64,000 nt of DNA from an uncultured Chloroflexia bacterium (lineage in GTDB: Bacteria > Chloroflexota > Limnocylindria > QHBO01), in assembly GCA_963783495.1 (NCBI GenBank), contig CAWANT010000006.1, positions 274,248-338,247 of the forward strand. The letters run 5' to 3'. A program made the translations under genes and the position numbers. Shown here one piece after another: positions 38,343 to 49,032 of the stretch (within the stretch, counting starts at the first letter, position 1; each line of letters opens with the position of its first letter). The notes beneath the pieces were generated by a model, which worked only from the letters and a program-made list of their open reading frames with translations, made no database searches and was not told where the DNA came from.

Positions 38343-39305
38343 TTGGAGCTCGGCACCCTCGGCATCGCCGTCGTGGTGGTGATCGGCGTCCCGCTGATCA
38401 CGGCCGGCTACGCCTTCCTGGCCGAGCGCATCCTGACGTTCATGCCGGAGCGCAGGCGGGCGAGCTATCGGCCGTGGCTGTGGCTGCTGCCCGGCTTCGC
38501 CTTCCTGATCGCCTACCTCATCTATCCGACCGTCTCGACGTTCTTCCTGAGCTTCCAGAACCGCGATTCGACCGCCTTCGTGGGGCTCGAAAACTACACC
38601 CGGCTCTTCGGACAGGGCAGCTTCTGGCAGACGCTGCTCAACACGGCCCTCTGGATCGTCTTCTTCGCCGGCGTGACGGTCATCGTGGGACTGATCATCG
38701 CCGTGCTGGCGGACCGCGTCCGCTACGAGTCGGTCGTCAAGGCCATGGTCTTCGTGCCGCTGGCCATCAGCTTCGTGGCCGCCGGCGTGATCTGGAACTT
38801 CCAGTACGACTTCAGCCCAACACGGGGCACCGTCAACGCGGGCCTGGGCCTGATCGGCATCGAGCCGCAGTCGTGGATGACCGAGTGGCCGCGCAACACG
38901 TTCATGCTCATCCTGGTCGGCATCTGGATGTGGGTCGGCTTCGCCACCGTCATCCTGTCAGCCGGCCTCAAGGGCATCTCCGCCGAGCTGCTGGAAGCGG
39001 CACGCATGGACGGCGCCACCGAGCTGCAGGTCTTCTTCCGCATCATCCTGCCGTTGCTGGCGCCCACGGTGGCCGTGGTGGGTACCACCATCGTGATCAC
39101 CGCCCTCAAGGTGTTCGACATCGTCTTCGTCATGACCAACGGCCAGTTCGGGACGGAGGTGATCGGCACCAACTTCTACCACGCGCGCTTCACGAACCAT
39201 GACGCCGGCACCGCCGCGGCCATCGCCATCATCCTGCTGCTCACCATCATCCCGGTGATGCTGATCAACATTCGACGCTTCCAGGCGCAGGAGGCCTACC
39301 GATGA
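38343..39305 (+). CDS. Sugar ABC permease (AglF/MalF-like)
   Basis: FVGLENY, PLAISFVAAGVIW, ELLEAARMDGA EAA loop. Confidence 0.92.
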   Translation: MELGTLGIAVVVVIGVPLITAGYAFLAERILTFMPERRRASYRPWLWLLPGFAFLIAYLIYPTVSTFFLSFQNRDSTAFVGLENYTRLFGQGSFWQTLLNTALWIVFFAGVTVIVGLIIAVLADRVRYESVVKAMVFVPLAISFVAAGVIWNFQYDFSPTRGTVNAGLGLIGIEPQSWMTEWPRNTFMLILVGIWMWVGFATVILSAGLKGISAELLEAARMDGATELQVFFRIILPLLAPTVAVVGTTIVITALKVFDIVFVMTNGQFGTEVIGTNFYHARFTNHDAGTAAAIAIILLLTIIPVMLINIRRFQAQEAYR

Positions 39306-40237
39306 CCGACGTCCCCGGCCAAGCTCCGGCTCCGGCAATCGGGATGGGCGATACCCGGGTCGACGCGCCGCCGCGCGCTGAGGCCCTTCCGGGCGGTGGC
39401 GGCGGCTGGTTGAGCCGTGCGTTCCTCCACACCGTCCTGATCGTCGTCTGCCTGATCTGGCTGCTGCCGACGGTGTCGCTGTTCGTCAGCTCCCTGCGCC
39501 CCGCCAACGAGGTGCTGACCACCGGCTGGTGGAACGCCTTCCGGCTGCCGTTCGAGTTCACGCTCGATAACTACCAGGAGGTGCTGACCGACAACAACAT
39601 GGGCCAGAGCTTCCTGAACAGCCTGTTCATCACCATCCCGGCCACGGTCATCCCGATCCTGGTGGCGGCCTACGCTGCCTATGCCTTCGCCTGGATGGAC
39701 TTCCCCGGCCGCAATGCGCTCTTCATCCTGGTGGTCGGCCTGCTGGTCATTCCGCTGCAGTCGGCGCTGATTCCGGTGCTGCAGCTCAGCACCAACATCG
39801 GCGTCACCGGATCGTTCCCCGCCGTCTGGCTGGCGCACACCGGCTTCGGACTGCCGTTCGCCATCTTCCTGCTGCGCAACTTCTTCGGGCAGCTGCCAAA
39901 AGAGATGTTCGAATCGGCCTACCTGGATGGCGCCACACCCACGACCGCGTTCTTCCGGCTGGTGCTGCCCTTGTCCGTGCCCGCCATCGCCTCGCTGGTC
40001 ATCTTCCAGTTCATGTTCGTCTGGAACGACCTGCTGGTGGCATTGATCCTGGTGGGCGGCACGGCTGACGTGGCGCCCATGACCGTCACCATCGCCAACC
40101 TGGTGAACTCGCTCGGCCAGGGCTATCACCTGCTGACCGCCGCTGCGTTCATCAGCATGATCCTGCCGCTGGTCGTGTTCTTCAGCCTGCAGCGCTACTT
40201 CGTGCGCGGCATCCTGGGCGGATCGGTCAAGGGCTGA
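39302..40237 (+). CDS. Sugar ABC permease (AglG/MalG-like)
   Basis: FTLDNY, WLAHTGFGLP, ESAYLDGA, VWNDLLVAL, QRYFVRG. Confidence 0.92.
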   Translation: MTDVPGQAPAPAIGMGDTRVDAPPRAEALPGGGGGWLSRAFLHTVLIVVCLIWLLPTVSLFVSSLRPANEVLTTGWWNAFRLPFEFTLDNYQEVLTDNNMGQSFLNSLFITIPATVIPILVAAYAAYAFAWMDFPGRNALFILVVGLLVIPLQSALIPVLQLSTNIGVTGSFPAVWLAHTGFGLPFAIFLLRNFFGQLPKEMFESAYLDGATPTTAFFRLVLPLSVPAIASLVIFQFMFVWNDLLVALILVGGTADVAPMTVTIANLVNSLGQGYHLLTAAAFISMILPLVVFFSLQRYFVRGILGGSVKG

Positions 40238-40251
40238 GCCGATACGGCCCT

Positions 40252-41043
40252 TCAGGCCATGCGGGTCAGGATCTGTTCGCGATCGAAGGCCCATGAGCCG
40301 ATGGCCAGCGTGATTGCGATCAACCCGGCCACCAACAGGTCGCCGCAAGAGCACCTGCTCATGGTGAAGGTCGGCTCGCCTCCGAAGAACTGCGCCACCG
40401 CGATGGCGATGATGGGGATCACGACGAAGCCGCCGATCTGCTGGGCCGTGCGGGGGTCGTTGACCCGGCTGCTGACCACGATTCCCAGCAGCACGCTGAA
40501 CACGCAGATCAGCGGGATGAGCGTGGCCATGGCCAGCAGCCATACGTCGGTGAACACGAAGCGCGTCAGCGCGGGATCGGCAATGACGCCGTTGATCAGC
40601 CCGTAGAGCACGAACACGATCCAGGTGGCGGTCATGGCAGGCAGGGCGGCGGCCAGCGTCTTGCCCGCCAGCAGCTCCGGGACCTCCAACGGCGTGGCGA
40701 GCTGCGGCTCCAACGAGCGAGCCACCTTCTCGCCGATCACCGACTGGGTCGCGATCGCCATCGGCACCATGGCCGGGATCAGGAGGAAGTAGGCCATGAA
40801 GTTCTGGATGATGAATGCCTGCGCCGCCGTCTTGGGATCCACGCCGGGGAAATTCTCGATGAAGTCCTGGAGCCCGGGAATACTCACCGGATTGATCTCG
40901 CTGGCCTCGATGACCGCCACCAGGCCGGTTGGGATGGCCGCGAAGATCAGGGCTGGGAAGGCGACGGCACCCAGCAGGAGCCGGTTGCTCAGCAGGTCGC
41001 GGCATTCCTTGACGAACACGGCCCAGACGAAGGCGAGCCTCAT
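40252..41043 (-). CDS. ABC-2 type permease
   Basis: KECRDL, SVIGEKVARSLEPQLATP, DPRTAQQ. Confidence 0.85.
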   Translation of the reverse strand: MRLAFVWAVFVKECRDLLSNRLLLGAVAFPALIFAAIPTGLVAVIEASEINPVSIPGLQDFIENFPGVDPKTAAQAFIIQNFMAYFLLIPAMVPMAIATQSVIGEKVARSLEPQLATPLEVPELLAGKTLAAALPAMTATWIVFVLYGLINGVIADPALTRFVFTDVWLLAMATLIPLICVFSVLLGIVVSSRVNDPRTAQQIGGFVVIPIIAIAVAQFFGGEPTFTMSRCSCGDLLVAGLIAITLAIGSWAFDREQILTRMA

Positions 41044-42010
41044 CGCGAGGCCTCTCCGTCCGATGGCAGCGCGCGGTCGTCGCGTACGCCGGCCTCGCCC
41101 ACCAGCTCCAGGTAGACGTCCTCCAGCGTCGCCGACGATTCGCGGACGCCGGTGATGCGGGCCCCGGCGCCGACCAGCGCATTGACCAGGTCAGGCGTCT
41201 GCTTGGCTGGGTCGTCCAGGCCCACCACCAACGCGCCGTTCACCGGCTGCGCGCTGCGGACGTAGTCGAGGTCGGCCATCGCGTCAAGGAAGGATTCCGG
41301 CCCCCGACCACCGTTGAGCTCCACCCGAACCTCTGCATCGCGGCCGAGCCGGCGCAGTGCCGGCCGGCGTGTCCACGCGCAGCAGCGTGCCGCGCATGAT
41401 CCCGATCCGGTCGCACAGCCGCTCCGCCTCGTCCAGGTTGTGGGTGCACACCACGATCGAGCGGCCGAGCTCACGCAGGGTGGCCACGAAATCGCGGACC
41501 GTCTTGGCGGCCGAGGGATCGAGGCCACTGGTCGGCTCGTCCAGGTAGATGACCTCCGGCTCATGGAGCAGCGCGCGGGCGATGGCGATCTTCTGTCGCA
41601 TCCCCTTGCTGAAGCCGCCGACTCGCCGGTCCGCGTGCTCGGCCATGCCCACGACGCCCAGGTACTTCTCGACCGCGTCGCGCAGCCGCGCGCCGGTCAG
41701 GCCGTACAGCCGTCCGTAATAGGCCAGGTTCTGGCGCGCGGTCAGCTTCTCGTGCAGGCCGGGGGACTCCGTCAGGACACCCGTGATGGCCCGGATGCTG
41801 GGCCGATCCCTCCCCCAGCGGATGCCCGTTCACGGTGGCCTGGCCTGAGGTCGGGGCGATCAGGCCGGCCAGCATGCGGATGGTGGTCGTCTTCCCTGCG
41901 CCGTTGGGTCCGAGCAGCCCGAAGATCTCCCCGTCCCCAACCTCGAACGACAGGTCGTGCACGGCGGTCAGCTGCCGGAAGTCCTTGCGAAGGCGGTCGA
42001 CGGAGATCAC
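41040..42010 (-). CDS. ABC transporter ATP-binding protein (frameshifted)
   Basis: [41 protein letters not shown] over three frames. Confidence 0.88.
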
Positions 42011-42082
42011 CGGCGGAATCCTAGCCGGGCTTGCGGCACGGTCGCCCATCGGTACCTTCGGGTGTCGCGGTAGGATCGTCCC

Positions 42083-42625
42083 GTGGAGGAGCGCACCACG
42101 GCCAGCACCCGACCGTTCGCCGGCAAGCTGATCTCCGTCCGTGTCGACCAGGTCGCGCTGTCCAACGGCCGTCCGGCCACGCGCGAGGTGGTCGAGCATC
42201 CTGGCGCGGTGGGGATCCTGGCCTGGGACGGCGCACGCCTGGCGATGGTCAGCCAGTGGCGGCATGCCACCGGGCGCGAGATGCTCGAGATCCCTGCCGG
42301 CACGCTGGATCCGGGCGAGTCGCCGCGCGGCACGGCCGAGCGTGAGCTGGGCGAGGAGTGTGGCCTGGCCGCTGACCGCTGGGAGCAGGGGCCGTCCTTC
42401 TTCACCGCTCCCGGCTTCTGCACCGAGCACCTGACGCTGTTCCTGGCCACCGGCCTGCGCGAGACCGATGCCGCTCCGCCCGAGGACGAGCTGCTCGAGC
42501 AGTCCTGGTTGAGCCTTGCGGACGCCCTGGCCGCGGTGGACGAGGGCCGCGTGATCGACGCCAAGTCGGTGGCTGGCATCCTGTGGCTCGCCCGCCACCT
42601 GGCCGCTCTCGATTCGCCAGCCTGA
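42083..42625 (+). CDS. NUDIX hydrolase, ADP-ribose pyrophosphatase-like
   Basis: [21 protein letters not shown]...[19 protein letters not shown]. Confidence 0.88.
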   Translation: MEERTTASTRPFAGKLISVRVDQVALSNGRPATREVVEHPGAVGILAWDGARLAMVSQWRHATGREMLEIPAGTLDPGESPRGTAERELGEECGLAADRWEQGPSFFTAPGFCTEHLTLFLATGLRETDAAPPEDELLEQSWLSLADALAAVDEGRVIDAKSVAGILWLARHLAALDSPA

Positions 42626-42666
42626 GCTCGATCCGGCACGCGGCTTGCGATCGGCCAGCCGCCCGA

Positions 42667-43749
42667 TGACCGCATCCGATCCCAAGCAGGACCCCGTCGA
42701 ATCGGCCGAGGAAGCCGGCCTGCGTTACGTGACCGATGCCAGCCCCGGCATCCGGCGCCGACGCGCCGGGCGCGGGTTCAGCTACATCGGTCCCAATGAC
42801 CGGCGCGTCACGAACAAGGACCAGGTGGCATGGATCCGCTCGCTCGCCATCCCGCCGGCGTGGACCGATGTCTGGATCTGCACCTCCCGCCGCGGCCACC
42901 TGCAGGCCACCGGTCGCGACGCGCGTGGCCGCAAGCAGTACCGCTACCACCCCGACTGGCGCGCCACCCGCGACGAGGCGAAGTACGGCCGCATGATCGC
43001 CTTCGGCCAGGCGCTGCCCGCCATCCGCCGCCGCGTCGGATGCCGACCTGCGCAGGCACGGCCTGCCGCGCGAGCGCGTGCTGGCGGCCGTGGTTCGCCT
43101 GCTCGAGAAGACGCGCATGCGGGTCGGCAACGAGGAATACGCCCGCGACAACCGCTCCTACGGACTGACCACGCTGCGCGACCGCCATGCCGAGGTCGGC
43201 AGCAGCCGGATCCGGTTTCGGTTCCGGAGCAAGGGCGGCAAAGTCAGCGACGTCGAGCTGTCGGATGCCCGCCTGGCCCGGATCGTGGCGCGCTGCCAGG
43301 AGCTCCCGGGGCAGGACCTGTTCGCCTACCTCGACGAGGACGGTGAGGTGCGGACAATCGGCTCGAGCGACGTGAACGACTACCTGCGCGAGATCACCGG
43401 CCAGGACTTCACCGCCAAGGACTTCCGCACCTGGTCGGGAACCGTGCTGGCCGCCTGGGCCCTGAAGGAGCTGCAGGGCGTCGACTCGGAGGCGCAGGCC
43501 AAGCGCAACGTGGTGCGGGCGGTGGAGCAGGTCGCGGAGTGGCTGGGCAACACGCCGGCCGTCTCGCGCAGGTCGTACGTCCATCCGGCGGTGATCGACG
43601 CGTACCTGGACGGCGACGTGGTGCGGGCCGCGCGTCAGACGGCGGACAGGAAGCTGCGCGAAGACCTGCGCGACTTGTCGCCGCAGGAGGCCGCCGTGCT
43701 GGCGCTGCTCCGCCAGCGGCTCCGCGCAGAGGAACGGGGACGAGCCTAG
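42667..43749 (+). CDS. DNA topoisomerase IB, bacterial/poxvirus-like (one frameshift near 43039)
   Basis: [51 protein letters not shown]. Confidence 0.92.
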
Positions 43750-44118
43750 GCGGCGTCGACCCGGCGCAGGGCGCGCTGGTAGTCCTCGTTGTCCGGCTTC
43801 AGGAAGACGGCCATGCGCAGGTGGCGACGCCCGCTGGCCTCATCGCCCAGCCTGAGCCTGCGAGAGGCCCAGGCCGAAATGCGCGTAGTGGGCCAGCGGA
43901 TCGGCGTCGATCATGGCCTGGAACTGCTCCGCGGCCCGATCGTGGGCGCCCTGGTCGAAGTAGGCGCGGGCCAGCGCCTCCACGATCGAGGCCTTGCCGG
44001 GCTCCAGGGCCAGGCAGCGCTCGAGCAGGACCGAGGCGGCGCCGGGATGGTGCTCATCCAGCAGCTGCGAGCCGCGTCGGAACAGCTCGTAGGCCGATTC
44101 ACGCTCGTTGGGATCCAT
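43746..44118 (-). CDS. Tetratricopeptide repeat protein (frameshifted)
   Basis: EALARAYFDQG...YAHFGLGLS / HLRMAVFLKPDNEDY. Confidence 0.8.
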
Positions 44119-44129
44119 GGCAGCTGAGC

Positions 44130-45168
44130 TCAGGCGTTGAGGTCGATCCGCTCGAGGCGCGGGTTGTCGGTGCGTCCCGGGATGCGGCCCCGCTTGGCGA
44201 TCGGGCGCCCGTCGATCTCCTTCAGGTCGCCGGTGAAGTCGATGGGGCTGGCGTCGCTGATGGCCGATCCCACCGCGAACGAGTCGACCGGCGCTCCGGC
44301 TTCCTTGAAGTAGCCGATGCGCTCCGTATCGAGGCCGCCGGACACCACGATCCGGACGTGCTCGTGCCCGGCCTGGTCGAGCCGGGAGCGCACCTCCTTG
44401 ACGAGGTCCGCGGTCACGCGACCGCGCTCGGCCGGCGTGTCCAGCCGCACGCCCCACAGCCGTTCGCCCAGCGCGTCGGCGACCCGGACCGATTCCTCCG
44501 CCTCATCCTTGAAGGTGTCGACCAGCGCGATGCGGGGCACGTCCGGCTCCACGTGGCGGTCGAAGGCCTCGACCGCGCGCACCGTGTCGCCGAAGATCAG
44601 GATCAGCGCGTGTGCCATGGTCCCGGTCGGCGAGAGGCCAGCCATCCGCGCCCCGGCCGGGGTGGAGACGCCGATGCAGCCGCCCACCACGCTGGCGTAG
44701 TCCATCTGGTCGGCGACCGACGGATGCACGTGCCGGGCGCCGAAGCCGATGACCGGGATCGGCGCGGCCACGTCCACGATGCGCCGCGCGGCCGTGGCCC
44801 AGCCGGTGCACTGGGACAGGATCCCCAGCAGGGCGGTCTCGTACAGGCCAAAAGCCGAATAGCGCGCCGTGATCCGCATCACGACTTCCTTCCGCGAGAT
44901 CGGATCGCCGTCGTGCAGCGACTCCACGATCGGCCCAGGGTCCAGCTGCCTTGCCGTTGCCCAGGATCTCGCGCAGATAGGCCAGTGACTCCCCGGCCCC
45001 GCACAGGATGGCGTCCTCCCGCGCGAACAGCTCCATCGACACCACCGGGTCGAGCTGCTCGGCGGCCAGGATCATCCGCGCCCGCTCGAAGTAGACGTCG
45101 GCGGTATCGCCGGCCAGAACGTCGGCCGCCGTCCGGAAGGGAGAGCGCGCGGGGCTCGTTCGCGTCAT
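44130..45168 (-). CDS. pncB: Nicotinate phosphoribosyltransferase (frameshifted)
   Basis: ADVYF, FGARHVHP, TGTMAHALI, LVDTF, GVRLDTP, VSGG, AVGS. Confidence 0.85.
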
Positions 45169-47159
45169 GGGCGAGCAGTGTACCGGTCCGTGCCAGTCGC
45201 TCCGCGTCGCCGGGCCTGACGGGCGCCGACCACCAGCAGCACGCCGGCGAGGACCAGCACCGCCGCGAGGCGGACGACGCCGTCGGTCGCGGCACGCTCC
45301 ATCCGGCCAGACGCCGCCGCCGACAGATCGGCTGCGCCCACCAGGTCGCCGTCGGCAAAGAGCGACCGCGCCTCGTCCAGCATGGCGGCCGGTTCCTGAC
45401 CGCCAAGCAGACCCACCGCCTCGAGCGGCGAGCGATCGGCCGCCGCCCGCTCACGGGCCGCAACATAGGCCGCGACCGCCGCCGCCTCCGCGTCCAACTC
45501 GTGGCGAGCGGCCTCGCTGCCGCCGCCCCGTTCGTACTCGGCGCGCAGGCGGTCCGGCGCCACCAACCCGGCCGACCTGATCCGCGCCAAGAGCGCATCG
45601 CGGTCGGACAGCCAGTCCGTGGTCTCTTCGATGGCCGCCCGCGCGTCATCGAAGCGCCAGCCGGCCAGCGCCAGGCGCACCGGGTCCGGCGTGCCCCAGT
45701 CACCGGCCGTGGCCTCCAGCTCACCGTACGCCGTGCGCGCCTCACGACGAGCGGCCAGCTGCGACACGCTCGCATCATCGAGGACCCAGCGACGGAACAC
45801 CGGCACCACGTCGGCCTCGCTCACGGCGTCCAGCTGGTCGAGCAGGTGTCGTGAGTCCGCAGGCACCGTGGCAGCCACCGGGGCGGCCGGCACGGCATCG
45901 AATGGCGGCCGGTAGCCGTCGAGCCCCGACGCCATCCGCTGCCAGGCGAGTCGCAGCGAGTCCTCACCCACCTCGCGGGCGATGGCGTCGGCGGCCGCCC
46001 AGGCGGCCGCGTCGGCGTAGCGCTCCTGCGCGGCCGTCGCACGGCCCACGCCCCAGCTGACGAGCGGGAAGGCATCGCCGCGGCGGGCGTCCGCAGCCCG
46101 CTCGGGATCGAAAGGCAGGTCGACGTCGAGCTCGGCGGCCACCTGCGCGGCCGCATGCGAGGCAAAGCCCTCGCGGATCCACCTGTCCCCCGCCAGCGTC
46201 GCCGGCAGCCAGAGGTGCGCGACCTGGTGCAGGACGGTGAAGGCGGGCTCGGTGTAAGCCGATCGCGATGTCCACGTCACCAGCGGCGGGCTCGCGCAGC
46301 GTGGCACCGGCCTCGGGCAGGGACTCGACGATCACCAGCGGCCCGGTCGGCCGGTACGGAACGCCCATCGCCTCGTCCAGGCGCGGCAGCGCATCCGCCA
46401 GGAGCCGCAGGGTACGTCGTCCCCAGGCGGGGTCATCGGACCAGGCGCGGACCTGCACGTCGACGGTGCCCTGGCTGCAGCGCCACCTGGCGCGCGCTCG
46501 TGACGTAGCTCGACGGCAGCGTGGCAGTCACGCGCGCCAGCCAGCGGCTGGGGTCCGGCACCGCTCCGCTTTCCAGCTGCCAGGCGCTCCCGTCCTGCTC
46601 GGCGCGCAACGCGTCGCCATCGACCAGCACCTCGTAGTCGCTGGGCAGACGGACCCTGACCGATCCCTCGGTGCCGAAGCTCCAGATCGGCACGATCACC
46701 ACCGACGGGCGGACGCGGACATCGCTGCTGGCACCATCAGGGAGCGAGTAGGACAGCGTGAATCGCCGGACGTCGCGGTAGCGGACCGGCGGGCGGGGCT
46801 GGACGCTGGCCACGTTCACGCCGTTGCGCTCCTGCACCGTGGTGCGCAGTCGCCGGCCCCGGGGATCCTCGGCGCGAACTCTCCGCGCGCCGTCGTGCAC
46901 GGCCAGGTCGATGGTCTGGAAAGACGCTGAACTGTCCCGGTGGGTTGGGCGTGGTGTTGCGGAACGTGACATCGATGCTGACCTGGACCCGCCCTTCGCC
47001 CGGCGCGATCTCGTACGTCGCCGCCGTCTTCATGCTGTACTCCGCGGCCCGTGCAACCTGGGGCCGGACGAACGGCAGCGCCGGCAGCAGGCCGGCGACG
47101 AGCAGCGCGAAGGCGGCCGCGGCCGATGCCGCGGCGCGGACGGCGGGCGACAGGCTCAA
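45165..47159 (-). CDS. Secreted, C-terminally anchored gluzincin-like protein with HQxxH motif (frameshifted)
   Basis: TTGA overlap start; signal peptide; VLHQVAHLW...WIREGFA; C-terminal TM plus RRR. Confidence 0.6.
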
Positions 47160-47731
47160 CCGCGCGTGCCCAGCAGACGGGCGATGGGGCCGCGGCGCGA
47201 CCGGCGCGCGGCGGGCGGCTGCCAATCGGGCATGGTCGCCTCCACCTCGGCGCGGTAGGCGTCCAGCAGCGGGGCATTTCGTCCGACCCGGCCGCTCCAA
47301 TCGGGCAGGATCCCGCGATCCGCCACCGCCGGCAGCGTCTCCTCCAGCAGTCGATCGGCCACGATCGCCAGGCGCGCCAGGCCCCGCCCGAGCTCGTCGC
47401 GGCTGAGGCCGGCCGGGGGCAGCTCGGTCATCAGCATCGGCCGGTCGTCATCGGTCAGTGCGAACTTCACGAACGGGTACTCGGAGTTGGCGAACAGCAT
47501 GCGGTGGAAGGTGCGCTTGGGGATCTCCATCGCCTCCTGGCCATAGTAGGCCCACAGCGACAGGCCAACCCCGTCGACCCAGGCCACGGTGGTGCGCAGG
47601 TCGAAGCGCCGCTCACCGTCCAGCACCAGGTCGCGGCTGAGCGCCGGATCGCCGGCCTGCCCGCTGCCGTCGACGACCTCGATGCCCAGCTCGGCGAGCC
47701 ACGCGTCGAGCGGCGGCGCCTGCTCAGCCAG
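47156..47731 (-). CDS. YbjN-like domain protein (start approximate)
   Basis: LSLWAYYG...MLFANSEYPFVKFALTDD...ELGRGLARL; overlaps the glgC stop. Confidence 0.6.
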   Translation of the reverse strand: MAEQAPPLDAWLAELGIEVVDGSGQAGDPALSRDLVLDGERRFDLRTTVAWVDGVGLSLWAYYGQEAMEIPKRTFHRMLFANSEYPFVKFALTDDDRPMLMTELPPAGLSRDELGRGLARLAIVADRLLEETLPAVADRGILPDWSGRVGRNAPLLDAYRAEVEATMPDWQPPAARRSRRGPIARLLGTRG

Positions 47732-48985
47732 CGTGAGCCACCGTCTCGCCCGCGCCGAAGGCGCGGCGTGCGGGCGAAATCGGCCGGCACGACCCCCGGG
47801 TCGATGCGGCAGTTGCGTCCGACCGTCACCCGCGCCGGAACGGTGGCGCGCTTGCCGACGATGGTGATGCCGGCGTACAGGCGCTCCGGCTCGTCGCGGT
47901 TCGGCTTCAGGTCGTCGCCGCTGCCGATCACCGCGCCCGACGCCGATCCGGCAGTCCTTGTCGATGATCGCCCGGTCGATCACGGCCCTCTCCGCCACCC
48001 ACGTGTCGAACATCAGGATCGAGTCCCGCACGATGGCGCCCGGTCCGACCCGCACGCCCGGCGACAGGATGCTGTGCTCGACCGTCCCCTCAATCACGCA
48101 GCCGTGGCTCACCATGCTGCGGCTGACGCGTGCTTCCGGACCGATCCGCGCCGGCGGTCGCTCCTCGCTCCGGGTGTAGATCAGCCAGCCCAGGTCGTTC
48201 AGCTCGATCTCAGGCCGATCGGAGAGCAGATCCAGGTTGGTGCGCCAGTAGCTCTCCACCGTCCCCACGTCCTGCCAGTAGCCCTTGAACTCGTACGCGT
48301 ACACGCTGCGGCCGGCCTCCACCATCCAGGGCAGCAGGTCACGGCCGAAGTCGACCCGATCCGGCGACAGAATGTCGCGCAGCACGTTCCACGAGAACAC
48401 ATAGACGCCCATGCTGACCAGGTTGCTGGTCGGCTGCGGCGGCTTCTCGATGAAGTCGACCACGCGGCCCTGGCCATCGATCTCCAGGATGCCGAACCGA
48501 TGCGCCTCTTCCATCGGCACGGTCCGCACGGCACAGGTGATCTCGGCGCCCTTGGCCCGATGCGTCTCCAGGAAGGGGCGATAGTCCATCTTGTAGACGT
48601 GATCGCCGGCCAGGATCAGCACCAGCTCCGGATCGCGATCGGCGATGAAGTCCAGGTTCTGCAGCACGGCGTCGGCCGTGCCGCGGTACCAGTCACGCGC
48701 TCGCCCGCGGCCGATGTAGGGCTGCAGCAGCGTCACCCCGCCGTGGCTGCGGTCCAGGTCCCACGGGCGACCGACGCCGATGTGGTCCATCAGCGAGCGC
48801 GGAGCGTACTGGGTCAGCACCGCCACGTCGGTGAGCCCCGAGTTCACCGCGTTCGACAGGGCGAAGTCGATGATCCGGTACTTGCCGCCGAAGGGGACGC
48901 CCGGCTTGGCGCGGACCTGGGACAGCACCGACAGGCGCTCGCCCTCGCCCCCCGCCAGGATCAGGGTGAGGACCGATGCCGACAC
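47724..48985 (-). CDS. glgC: Glucose-1-phosphate adenylyltransferase (C-terminal frameshifts)
   Basis: LAGGEGERL...RAKPGVPFGGKYRIIDFALSN, WYRGTADAV, GDHVYKMDY, FIEKP, YWQDVGT. Confidence 0.92.
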
Positions 48986-49032
48986 GCGTCGGATTCTCCC
49001 ATGCGCCGCTGTCACGCGGCCGCCGTTGGTGG

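Noticed and set aside
47156-49015. Apparent GlgC-YbjN fusion (619 aa)
   Set aside because: The joining segment comes from frameshifts. The GlgC beta-helix continues in another frame and stops near 47724.
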